NCBI RefSeq assembly: GCF_036321535.1
Contig: NC_087437.1
Coordinates: 46,564,001-46,628,000 of the forward strand
Reading direction: 5' to 3'
Source of the DNA: Camelus dromedarius
Taxonomy: Eukaryota
Length of the DNA: 64,000 bases
Both the position numbers and the translations under genes were made by a program. Positions 52,818-64,000 of the stretch are shown piece by piece. The notes below the pieces were generated by a model. That model searched no databases and was not told the origin of the DNA. It was given only the letters and a program-made list of their open reading frames with translations. Numbering within the stretch: position 1 is the stretch's first letter; each line of letters opens with the position of its first letter.

Positions 52818-52990
52818 AACACAGGCTTGGGATTAGAGGTAGGTTTGAATTTCAACTCTACCACAAACTGTGTGACACTGGCAAATTATGAAACTCTAAA
52901 TATCCATTTCCTTACCAGCTAAGTTTTCTGGTAAAAATTCAACAAGCAAATCCACTTTAAGAGTCTGGGACATAGCAGAGACTTAGGATC
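52818..52990 (+). mobile_element. MIR SINE relic
   Basis: AAGAACACAGGCTTGGG...GGTTTGAATTTCAACTCTACCACAAACTGTGTGACACTGGCAAATTA. Confidence 0.65.
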
Positions 52991-53268
52991 ATTATTTCCC
53001 TCTCCCTTTACTAAATAATTGAAAGTTTCTTAGGATGAGAAATTTTACTCAAATTGATGGATTTTTACAGAAATTTCAATATTCTTGTTTTGGACCCAAA
53101 TAAGAATTTGTAGTAGGCTATTATAAATTAATGATTAATGAGGTAACTCTTCACAACTGGTCAATATTCTTTATCTTTGAATGGATTTCAGAAGGATATT
53201 AATGTACTGGATTGGAGGCGAGTTTCTATATACAGTTGAAAATTTAAAGCTAAGAATGATGTATTAAT

Positions 53269-53773
53269 TGTCATGGCTAATTTTATGTGTCAGCTTGACT
53301 GGCCACTGGGTGCTCAGATCAAACAGTATTTCTGGGTGTATCTGTGAGGGTGTATCTAGATGAGATTAGCATTGAAATCCATGGGCTCGCTAAAATGGGT
53401 TACCCTCCTCCATGTGGGTGGCCATCATGCAATGCTATGAGGTCCTAAATAAAGCAAAAGATGGAGGAAAGAAAAATTCATCTATTTTTAAATCCTTTTA
53501 CCTGCCTCACTGCTTAAACTGGGATATCTCATCTTACCTCATCTCCTCTGGCCCTTAGATTAGGATTTACACTTAGGCTCCTCTGATTGTCAGGCATTTG
53601 GACTTAGACTGAATGACACCATAGTTTTCATGGATCACCAGCTTGCAAATAACAGATTATAGGACTTCTCAGCCTCTACAATTGTATGAGCCAATTTTGC
53701 ATAATCAAGTAATCAGTTATTTTGTATATATCTCCTACAGTTTCTGTTGCTCTGGAGAACCGTGACTAATACA
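53269..53773 (+). mobile_element. MLT2-family 5' LTR of an ERV-L provirus
   Basis: TGTCATGGCTAATTTTATGTGTCAGCTTGACTGG...GATGAGATTAGCATT...CTCTGGAGAACCGTGACTAATACA with TG...CA termini. Confidence 0.92.
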
Positions 53774-56700
53774 AATTTTGGCACAGAGAGTGAGGAATTA
53801 TTTCTTTACTTTTTAATTAGATTTAAAGATGCTAATGACTTTATTCTCAGCAGTAAATAGAGCACTGATAGTCCACAGTATGAACTGTGTATAGAGATAC
53901 GCAAAATATCTGCATTGGGTATTCCTAATCAAGCACTTATAAGAAGCAAGGAGTTGGTGTCAATTTATATGATACTTTTGAACATTTTTGGAAAATTAAT
54001 GAATATAATGACATTGGCTGATTGCTCCTAATGTTGCTGACAAAGTGACAAAAGAAAAGAATGAGCTCAGAGATTAAAATTCCCAGCTCAAGGACTACAT
54101 AAATAACCTAAGAGCTTCTACTTTTGCCCTGAAAGACCCTTATCTGCTATAGCTGCAGAGCTGAAATTACTGAAAATCAAATGCAGAACCTCATCTTACA
54201 ACTTGCTGAATTACAGGGCAAGTTGAACTCTCAGGCTCACAGAGTATCTACTATTGAAGTGAGGGCATTTATTGGGAAAGAATGAGATCATAAGTTGGAT
54301 TGGAGACGTGTGAAGACTCTAATGAAGGTAGGGGTATTGGGAAACTAAATTCTGGTGAGTCTTCACCAGGTTCTCCTCAGGACCCACTCCCACCATCCCT
54401 TGTAGACTTATAACTAGACTCAAGTCCCAGTAGGTCCCTAAATGTGAGGTACAATGTGTGACCAATAAGAAGGTGCATTACCTTCCAAAAGAACTACTTG
54501 AGTTTTCCAATTTATACAGACATAAATCTAGGAAACATTTGTAGGAGTGGGTACTTAGAGTATGGGATAATGGTAGAAGGAACATGAAGTTGGATCAGGC
54601 TGAATTTATTGACATGGGCTCACTAGGTAAAGATTCTGCATTTAATATTGTAGCTTGGGGAATTAGAAGGGCTCTAACAGTTTTGATTGGCTGATTGAAA
54701 TGTAGACCAAAAGATGACCCACTGTGAGTGAATTAGAAATGCTGAACATGCCTTGGTTTAATGAACTGAGAGGAAGGGATTCAAAGGCTTAAGGATGTTG
54801 AAATGTTGGAGTAGATTTGTCATTTAAGACCTATTTGTCCACACTGGAAGGATCCAAAAGACATAGCTTTCACCAATACTGTGAGAAATAAATTTGTAAA
54901 GGGAGCCCCAGAATCCTTGAAAAGCTGTGTGATCACACTTCTTTGTAAGGCCATACCTCACAGGAGGAACTGGGGTCACTGAACTGGGAAACCTAAATGC
55001 AGTCCTATAGTAGTGGCTAATGGATCATGGTGTTCCTAGAAATTAAATAGACAGGAAGTCTACTAAATTCTTGACCTTTAGAATCAGAAAAGTTCTAGGT
55101 CAAGTTTAACCTGAAATATAAAGTCAGAGTCATGGATCCTCAGTCAATCCCCAGACTTGAGCTAGTTTACAGATGCAGAGCCTCTTGAGTGAAGGGGAAG
55201 ATGGGTTCCCTGAGGTGAAACTCCTGACACACTACCAAAAATGTGTGCTGCTAATCTTTCTCCCAGCCTTCGCAAAGGGGACCCATGACCTCTTACCAGG
55301 GTAACTCTATACTGGGGAAGAGCAAATAATCAGACCTTTTAGGGACTATTGGACATAGGCTCCAAACTGACACTAACACCAGGAGAATCAAAACATCACT
55401 GTGCCCTACCAGTCAGTGTAGGAGTTTATGAAGATCAGCTGATCCATGGAATTTTAGCTCAAGTCCACCTTGCAGTGGGTCCACTGGGTCCCAGAACCCA
55501 TCCTGTGATTATTTCCCCAGTTCCAGGTTGCATAATTAAAATAGACAAACTGAGTAGCTAGCAGAATCTATGGAATAAGAGCTAGTATGGTGGGAAAGGC
55601 CAAGTGGAAGTCTGTAGAACTTCTCCTCTCTGGTAAGGTATTTGTATGTCAGAGGGCGGGAAATAAATCTGACTGAAAGTCATGGGCCTCATACCTCAGT
55701 GAAATTTCTAGAGATCCATTGGGGTGGGTCAAGTAAAGATATCCTTTCTAAGTTAAAGGATAAATTGTTGCATCTGACCTCTCCTACAGCTCACAAAGAG
55801 GCACAGTACCTTTTAGGCCTCTTCAGATTTTGGACACAACATTTTCCTTATTTAGATGTGCTACTCCAGCCTATTTACCAAGTAACCCAAAAGCCCGGTA
55901 GTTCAGAGTAGGGTCCAGAACAAGAGAAAACTGTCCAGCAGGTCCCGGCTGCTATGTAAGCTGCTCTACCACCCGTGTCATATGGTCCAGAAGATCCAGT
56001 GGCACTTGAATTATCAATGACAGACAGGGATGCAGTTTGCCATTCAAGGTATGAAGCTAGAGATACATTACTATAATATCTATACACTTATCTCACATCT
56101 GGAAATATATTTATGTGAATTTTGACAAGTTAAGAAGAACAAGGGCATGCTAATCCAGAATTAATACTAAACCAGAACACTAGTATGGTTAACTGGAGTC
56201 ATATGAATGAGCAGCAAGAAGCACAGATTGATAATTTTCTGGAATTCCTATGGGTAACAGTGCCAACTAGTAGCAAATAAGATACACATCACAGAGTACT
56301 AAAAAAAAAACAACAAAACAAAACTAAAGCAGTATTTAAGTAAGAGATACCTAAATGGAATACTGGAAAGAATTAGCCTAATTACTAATTATGCTTTAGA
56401 TGAACAAAAGCTAAAATGTTCTACTAAAAATAATTAACTACAACCTCAATATTTCTTGTGCTTTAGAATTTTTCTTGCATTTCCTTAAAGTATCTTGTTT
56501 CTTATCTAAACGGGATTGCTTAGGTCAGTACAAGATTTAAAAGTGTGTGCAACTTATGTAACTAAAAGTTAGGGACTTTCTGTATATGCTACTTCCAGTC
56601 ACTGATTAGATCAGCTACAGCATCATATATGTTTTCCTCTAGATGATAGATACAAAGGCTTTTTAGAGGTCAAGGCATGGTGGGAGAGACCTCATATACC

Positions 56701-58919
56701 TAGAGGTGAATTATAGCACCGGCTTTTAGGACTTTGGAGCGAGGCCCTGCTATTATCTGTAGATAATCACTCTTCTTTTGAGAAACAGCCCTTTACCTGC
56801 TACTGGACCTTAGTAGAGGCTGAATACTTTGCCATGAACTGCCAGATTAGTACAAAACCTGACCTATCCATCATGAACTGGGTGTTGTTTGACCCCACCC
56901 AAGCCACAAAGTTGGGCATGCATGGCAACATCTGCCACCAAATGGAAGTAGTATATATATGTTTGAGCCCAAGCAGGCCCTCAAGGCGCAAGAAAGTATT
57001 CACATGAAAGTGACCCAAATGCCTGTGGTCCCCATTTCTGCTAACTTGCCTTCTCTCACCTGCCCTGCATTTGTGGCCTCATGGGGAGTTCTCTAAGATC
57101 AGTTGATGGAGGAAGAGAAGACTTAGGCCTGGTTCATAGATGGTTCTGCACAATATGCATGTCCCACCTGAAAACAGGCAGCTCTATTACTACAGCCCCT
57201 CTCTGGGACATCCCTGAAGGACAGTGGTGAAAGGAAATCCTCCCAGTAGAAGTCCTTCTAGAACCTAGAGCAGTTGACTGGGTTGTTCACTTTGCTTGGA
57301 AAGGGAAATGGCCTGACATGTGATGATATATTGCTTCATGGGCTGTGCCCAGTGATTTGGCTGGATTGTGGGATTTGGAATGAACATGATTAGAATATTA
57401 GTGATAAAGAAATTTGGGAAAGCTATGTGGATAGACCTCTCTGAATGGGCAAGAAACATGAAAATATTTATGCTTCAAGTGAGTGCTCATCAAAGGGTAA
57501 CATCAGCAGAGGAGAACTTTAATGATCAAACGGATAGGAGGACCTGTTGTGAGGATACCAGTCAGCCTTTCCCCAGACAGTCCTGTCATCATCCAGTGAG
57601 CTCATGAACAAAGTGGATGTGGCAGCAGGGATGGAAGTTATGCATGAGCTCAGCAACGTAGACTCATGCTCATGAGATTCACTGATCTTACTATGTTCCC
57701 TACCACCTTGAAGCAGCTGGCTTAACAGAGCAGTGGAATGGCCTTTTGAAGCCTAAGTTACAGTACCAGCTTGGTGGCAGCACCTTGCAGGGCTGGGGCA
57801 AGGTTTTCAGAAGGCTGCGTTTGTTCTGAATCAGTGTCTGATATGTGGGGCTATTTCTCTGATGGCCAGGATTTAGGGGTCCAGAAATCAAGGGGTGGAA
57901 ATGGGAGTGGCACTGCTCACTATTTCCCCCAGTGGCCCACCAACAAAATCCTATTCAATCAACTATATGCTCTGCTAACCTAGAGGTCTTAGTTTCAGAG
58001 GGAGGAATCCTTCTACCAAGAGACACAATAATAATATGCTTGAACTGTAGTTAAGACTACCACCTGGCCACTTTGGGCTCCCTGTACCTTTGAATCAGCA
58101 GGCAAAATGCCTTGGTTTCATGTAGAGGAAGGTATTCAAAGAAAGAAAGAAAGGCAAGGAAATTCAAAGGCAAAGGGAGTTATCGTGTTGGCTCCGGTGA
58201 TAGATCCTGACTACTAAATGGGAATTGGACTATTGCTCCACGATGAAGGTAAGGAAGAGTATGTCTGGAATATAGGCAGTGCCTTAGGGCATCTCTTAGT
58301 ATTACTATGCCTTGTAATTAAGGTCAGTGAAATCTACAACAACTCAGTCCAGGCAGGATTACAGTGGCCCAGACCCTTTAGGGATAAATGTCTGGGTCTC
58401 CCCACCAGATAAAGAACCATGAGCAGCTGAGATACGTGGTGAAGGCAAAGGGAATATAGTACGGGTAATGGAAGAAGGAAGTTATAAATACCAGCTATGA
58501 CTATATGACCAGTTGCAGAAATGAGGACTGGAATTGTCACAAGTAGTTCCTCCTTATTTTGCCATGAATACATTTCTGTGTGTGTGTGTGTGTGTGGTGT
58601 GTGTGTGTGTGTAGAAATATATTTTTTCCTTCTTTATTCCCTTATCATATAACATAAGATGTACTGGCTTTATATCATAGCATTTGAGTATTGCTAATTT
58701 TACATCATAATATTTAAGTTATGGGATATCAAGGAGAACAATAAACATCACTCAAGAAATTGACCTCCTCTTCTGTGCAAGCGATTAGTGAATTTTCAGT
58801 TGTATGAAGGATAGTTGTATCATGTTAGGCCTAAATATGATCTTGTTATTGTCTTTATTTGGAGATTAAGTATGGTTTCAAAAGATGTGTATGGATGTCA
58901 AGTTGACAGGGGGTGCAAT
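53774..58919 (+). pseudogene. Decayed ERV-L internal region (gag, protease, partial RT, RNase H, partial integrase, dUTPase; no env)
   Basis: PBS-like AATTTTGGCACAGAGAGTG; protease GLLDIGSKLTLTPG (about 55340-55380); RT end RGREINLT...VKFLEIHW...KDKLLHL...EAQYLLGLFRFW (55642-55911); RNase H WFIDGSAQY (about 57130); dUTPase-like LPPGHFGL (about 58055-58080); purine-rich tract GACAGGGGGTG before the 3' LTR. Confidence 0.9.
58578..58612. repeat. (TG)n microsatellite in the ERV-L 3' region
   Basis: Seen directly, one interruption. Confidence 0.9.
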
Positions 58920-59057
58920 TCTGATGGTTAATTTTATTTGTTAAGTTGACTTGCCATGGAGTGCCCTGATGAAACATTATTTCTGGGTGTGTCTGTGAAA
59001 GTGTGGGTGGGCATCATTCAACCTATTGGTTCTATTTCTCTAAAGAAGCCTAATACA
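58920..59057 (+). mobile_element. Internally deleted MLT2 3' LTR
   Basis: Matches the start, a short middle piece and the end (CCTAATACA) of the 5' LTR, but is only 138 bp. Confidence 0.85.
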
Positions 59058-62000
59058 TAACTGATCTTGACTATGAACTAGTGCAGTTTGCGTTAATTTT
59101 TCCCATACTGTTGACCTTACATTCTGGAACACTTATTATATGCCTTTCATTAACCTTCCAGGAATCCCTCCCCATGGTTTTAAGGATGGAATGTGGCCTT
59201 AAATATAAGGCAATTTCAGGATTCCTAGAAACTCACTGCTTAGTATATATGTCTGTTTAAAAGAAATTCCTCTTACAAATGAAAAAAGAAAGTAATACTG
59301 AACAGAGTGACTGGCCTCACTTGATAGCAGGAGCCGGAAAGGACAAGGGAAAGATGAAACAAGAGGATTAAAACTCTTTGTCAAGTGAGGCTGTGCCTTG
59401 TACCCAAGCTTAATTACAAAAGGAAGTTAGGAACAAGTGCATGTATATTAGTGCATATATTAATGTAGAGTTTAATTGGTTTAGAGTAAATTAATGGCTG
59501 CTTGCAATATGTCTGGCAATTCGTTATAAACTGTATAGTTTTAAATTGGTTTCTTGAAAATGCTGGATAAAACATCTTAATTCACACATTGCTTTAGGAA
59601 TTGATTTTGGGATAATAGAATATAATGAAATGTTTTACCTCAGATGAATGTAAGTTCTATTTGCTCTGCAATTTTTTAAAATTTTAATGCAAATAATGAG
59701 TATACTATTTGGATATTTAGAAGAGCTGTAACTGTAAGTTACTCATCTCTATCTCCATTGGGCAAAATATAGCTATTTTAAAATTCTATTTTCTTGAAGC
59801 AGTAGAGAATAAGGAAAATCCTCTGGGGCTTTCCTCTTTATCCAAGAAAATTATATGTGAAATTGAAAGGCAAGGAAATATAAAAATCTAGCAACTCAGC
59901 AAAAAAATTACTATAAAAGACTAGAAATCGGGACACATGCATTTGGGCCACTAAGGAGAAGTTCCATGAATTCTCAGCTAGTTTGCGATCACAACAATGT
60001 TACACATGACCAACTGTGAAATGGAGATGATGTCAGTTGCTTTTACCTGATGTGAAAATTAACTGCAAGTAATTCTGGAAAAAAAAAAAGATAGTTATTT
60101 TTATAAGATATTCAGGAAAAATAAAACAGAGGTTTTTATTAGCATATTATTTTCAGATTTATGAATATTATTTTCCTGCTCTGACAATATGTATCTGGAA
60201 GAATTTCTAACTAAATAAGGTCTGGGCACATGAAACCACTCAAAGAAAATACAGCCCCTCCATATCATGGAGAATTAGAATGTCATTAGGCTCCTCTCCC
60301 TTCCTTGCTAGTTGGGTGTTTGTTCCTTTCTGGCTTTATTTATTCCAACTAAAACTTTCAGCTTTCAGGAATTTTTGACCCACAATTTCTCCACTCTTCT
60401 TTCAGAAACTTCTTTTGCTGTTATTTTCTTTTGCGGCTGATCAGGTAGTGGCAGAGCCTAAAAAAAAAAAACCTCTTGAATAGATTATGCCCAAGGTAGT
60501 CCAGAATTTGTCCCCAGATTACCAATCATGCTACTACTGGCAAAACAGTGTGTTTTTTACCCTTTTTTCCCCTTTCTGTAATAATTCTACATTTTATGGA
60601 CTCCTTTCTGAGATGTCTAATTTTCTCATGCCAATTCTTTTCTCTTACCTTCAACCAGCAAGCCTGTTCTAAGAAAAGCTTTTCCCAATTCTACCTCCCT
60701 TCTGCTCATTCGCACTGAAGTTTGCACTTCTGTTATAGAGTTATCACATTGCATATCACAAATTTTCACATATGAATTTAATTCTCCCATTAGATTGTGA
60801 GCATACTAACAAAGATAAGTTTTTTCATTGGTAATATATTTTGACAAGTGGGTATAGATTTCATCTTGGGAACTTGGGGTATTAGTAAATAAGGTTTTCT
60901 TTTCTTATTTTGGTTTTAGTCAGAGGAGCCATTTTGGCACATCTAAAGCCACATCATAAAAGCATCTTCCTCTTCTGCTACCTCTGAAGCCGTCTGTGGA
61001 TTCCTGATTTTCGTTTGCTTGTTTGTTTCCACTCTCACTTTCCAAGAGTTTCAGTCCTGGTTATTAGCTGGAAACTTAGAGACCTTTTGGGAGTGGGTGT
61101 GGAATGGGTCACCCTTTATTTATTTATTTTATTTGTATTTGTTTCCCTTTTTTTGCAAAGAGTCTTATTCAGTGCCACCCTTTTAAGATTGGTGGAAAGG
61201 TAATATTAACATTATTTCATTAAAAAAATAAAGTTCAGAGACTCTGAGTTGCTTGAATTAAGACTAAAAAACCGAAATTTTTATCCTTACTCTTCATTCC
61301 CCAAATTCAGTCCTCTTTCATGCTATAAAAACCTTACAAAGACTATCATCTTAGGATATTTTCTCAGTAAACTTAGAGGTCAAGTATACAGTATTAGACT
61401 CTATGGAATGAACTAGTTCAGTAACTGTATCATGCTGATTCTATTGGACGTAAAATCTAAGAGATGTGCATGTCCTTCATCAGGCTAAAGCCCATATGTC
61501 TAAGTTTAAATAGTTCTTAAATGTAATTGATTTGTCAGTACCAGTGATCTTCTTAGGTATTCTTAGCACAACAGCATAGTGATTAAATTAATAACAATCT
61601 GTAGGAGTGCAGATTAAATGTATGTCCATATGAAACTTTGCTATAATCCACAGAACCATTTTGGTATGTTGAGTACCAGAGAAACTTCTATGACAAGAGT
61701 AAAACTGGACAATCTGTGACATTTACCTTCAGAGATACATGTTATCGATGACTAACTTGAATTTACAAGGCCCGTACTTAGAAGGCTGTTAATAACTCCT
61801 GTACTTTTCATTATCCTTATAATTTAGGTATTACTATGTTCAATGATAGATTTAACTTGGTCTTAGAAAAATGAAGATCATTAAGAGATCTTCATACATG
61901 ATACATGTGACACAACCAAACATCCTTCACTTGTATGTAGAAAAAATTCACAGTATCTAGAAGAGATAGATAAACCAAAAGATATCAGGCACAGCAAAGA

Positions 62001-62397
62001 CAGCACCTAAACCCAACACGAGAGCCTCTCCTTTCTACTTTACTGGAATCAAGAGCTTCTGAAAAGTGAACATAGCACTTCTTTCTCTGCTCCGGTCAGA
62101 AGCTGGAGGTTGATTTTCAGAAGTAGAGGCTAACCTTGCCTACCTCAATCAGCCTTATCTATTTAAAGCCTTCCCAACCTGGCCAATCCCTTGGTAACCA
62201 AACTTCTTAGGTTTTGACTACCTGTATCTGGGTTCCTGGCTAGAGCTGGATTATTTCTTTTTGCTTTCCGGTAACAGCATTACTTACAGTCTGCTTCATC
62301 TTGGCGTGCAACCTCTGGTGATTTCAGAGCCCTCTTCCTTTTATGGGCAATTGACTTTGGTCCCTTTTCGCCAATCCTATTGCAGTCTCCTTCTACA

Positions 62398-62900
62398 TTG
62401 TTTAGAAATCTTTTGATTGCAATAATGAAAGCCTGATTTAGACTTGCATGAAGTAGAACTGCGGGCATCCAAGCCTGAAGAATAATTAGCACAGGGACAT
62501 AAATTGCCACAGACACTTTTTCTCTTGTCTCTGTTTCTCTTTTTACATCTATTTCTTTCTTTCCTCTTATTGCAGACTTGATTTCTGTTTTCTAGCTGTT
62601 GTCACAGGAAGTTGTTTCTGGATTAAATTCCCAAGAATTCATCACTTCTTTTCAAGCAAGCAGCTAAAATGAGCAACAATCTCTTAGACCCATACCAAAG
62701 TTTGATAGTAGAGTGATTTGCTCAGCTTGGGTCAGATGCCCACCCCAGGGCCAATCAAATGTAACCAGGGAGTGGGGTCACATTATACTATCAGGGAAAG
62801 CCCTGTAGTAACCATGTGGATATAGATGGATTTGGCAGGATGGAGGGTTATTTATAGTTTCCAGGAAAAAAATGAGGCCGTTCCCAGGGGAGATCCTGTG
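62398..62900 (-). mobile_element. Old MLT1-family (J/K-like) MaLR LTR
   Basis: GATTTGCTCAGCTTGGGTCAGATGCCCACCCCAGGGCCAATCAAATGTAACCAGGG, plus CTTTTGATTGCAATAATGAAAGCC at the left end. Confidence 0.6.
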
Positions 62901-63766
62901 CCCTATGCAATAACCCTGGATGACATTTTTCTCTTAACTGCTACCAAATTTTTCCAGGAATCATAGGACTTTCCAGTCGGTGTTAAAAATGACCAAAAAT
63001 TGAGTGGTTTGATGCTACTTTGCTTTAAATCTCTTCTAGGTGAGATTTTAAACATCTATCTTTTGATCTTTTTTGCCTTTTGAAAGTTAACTTTTTTTGC
63101 ATCTTCAGTTCTCATAGTTAGCTCAAGAATGAGAGCTTCCTCAGGTAAAACATTTCTTTATCTTTCAGACAGAAAAACAAAGCTCAGTTTTCTGTCTCTC
63201 TCTCCCTCTGCTTTACCATCTCCTCTTAATTGAGGAAAAACTCTTACTAAACCTGATGGTCATTACTGGTGTCAGCCTTGCCACTACCTCTTCACAAAGG
63301 AAATATTACATGAAATCTACATTTTATACTTAGGCATTTGCTAAGATTATACTTGCACTGGGCTTTTGGGATACCAGGGTTTTTTGTTTGTTTGTTTGTT
63401 TGTTTTTCGCTTTGATCTTGTATTCTTCAGTAGGCTTTGCCATTTCCCTTTTAGAAAACTGTTGTCTGATGCTAAAATTTTAGTCACACTCTTCTTGTCT
63501 TCCACAGATCATTAGGTGAGAGAGAACTAGCAACACACTCACAGAATGCTAAGTTAATAATTGCTGATGAGCTCTAGTTAAAATATCTTAACTTGAATTA
63601 TAATTGGAGGCCTGAAAACACTCAGCAACATTTCAAACACTCATGGGAAACTGTACAGTTGGCTGTAGTAATTAATAAGCATAGAATTAATTAATTTTCA
63701 AGCTATAAACTCACGAAAACAAAGATGATATTCAGGCATATGTTAACTTTCTGATATGTTGTAGTA

Positions 63767-63925
63767 CAGTGGTTCCCAATTATGGCTGCATATAAGAATT
63801 AACTGGAACAATATTTAAAAACATAGATTCTTAAACTCTACCCAGTATCTACTGAATGAGAATCTTTGGGGGAGGGGTTTTAAAGCTCCTCAGATCTTGA
63901 TGGTCAAGTAAACTGGAAATCACTG
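63767..63925. mobile_element. MER5-family hAT-Charlie MITE
   Basis: CAGTGGTTCCCA...TGGAAATCACTG inverted termini, internal CTACTGAATGAGAATCT. Confidence 0.75.
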
Positions 63926-64000
63926 ATTTCTGTAGCAGCTCTGCTCCTACTTTTAAGTGAATTCCAGGAAGTCATTTTACTTACCATTGTGACTTTGACA

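Noticed and set aside
56040..56697. Mitochondrial insertion (NUMT) or processed pseudogene as the source of the ERV-L insert
   Set aside because: No mitochondrial gene similarity that I can recognise, no ORF, and no terminal poly(A) or TSD.
53264..59062. TSD of the ERV-L provirus
   Set aside because: The flanks TTAAT and TAACT do not match well enough to call.
1..64000. Short ORFs in the supplied track as host genes
   Set aside because: All are 145 aa or shorter and many start at non-ATG codons. None resembles a cellular protein I recognise and there is no consistent exon chain. The recognisable ones are L1 or ERV-L fragments.

Overview
Gene-poor, AT-rich eutherian mammal DNA (intergenic or deep intronic). 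I see no credible protein-coding exon, RNA gene or CRISPR array, and the ORF track is almost all chance ORFs or decayed transposon frames. The style of the L1 3' UTRs, and the apparent absence of Alu, B1/B2, Bov-tA/BovB, PRE1 and SINEC elements, suggest a cetartiodactyl, probably a camelid (inference). The content is ancient MIR/L2/MER/Tigger/LTR relics, three large L1 insertions (one inverted and rearranged, two internally deleted with TSDs), a MaLR-type element with two non-homologous LTRs, and a decayed ERV-L provirus carrying two foreign or templated insertions. Several repeat-free stretches have developmental-enhancer-like motif clusters. Repeat family names come from my recollection of consensus sequences and need RepeatMasker/Dfam confirmation. 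I found no clearly new biological system. The best leads are the mismatched-LTR element, the ORF1-only (half-L1-like) element, the insertions in the ERV-L, and a PBX-HOX/MEIS motif cluster.
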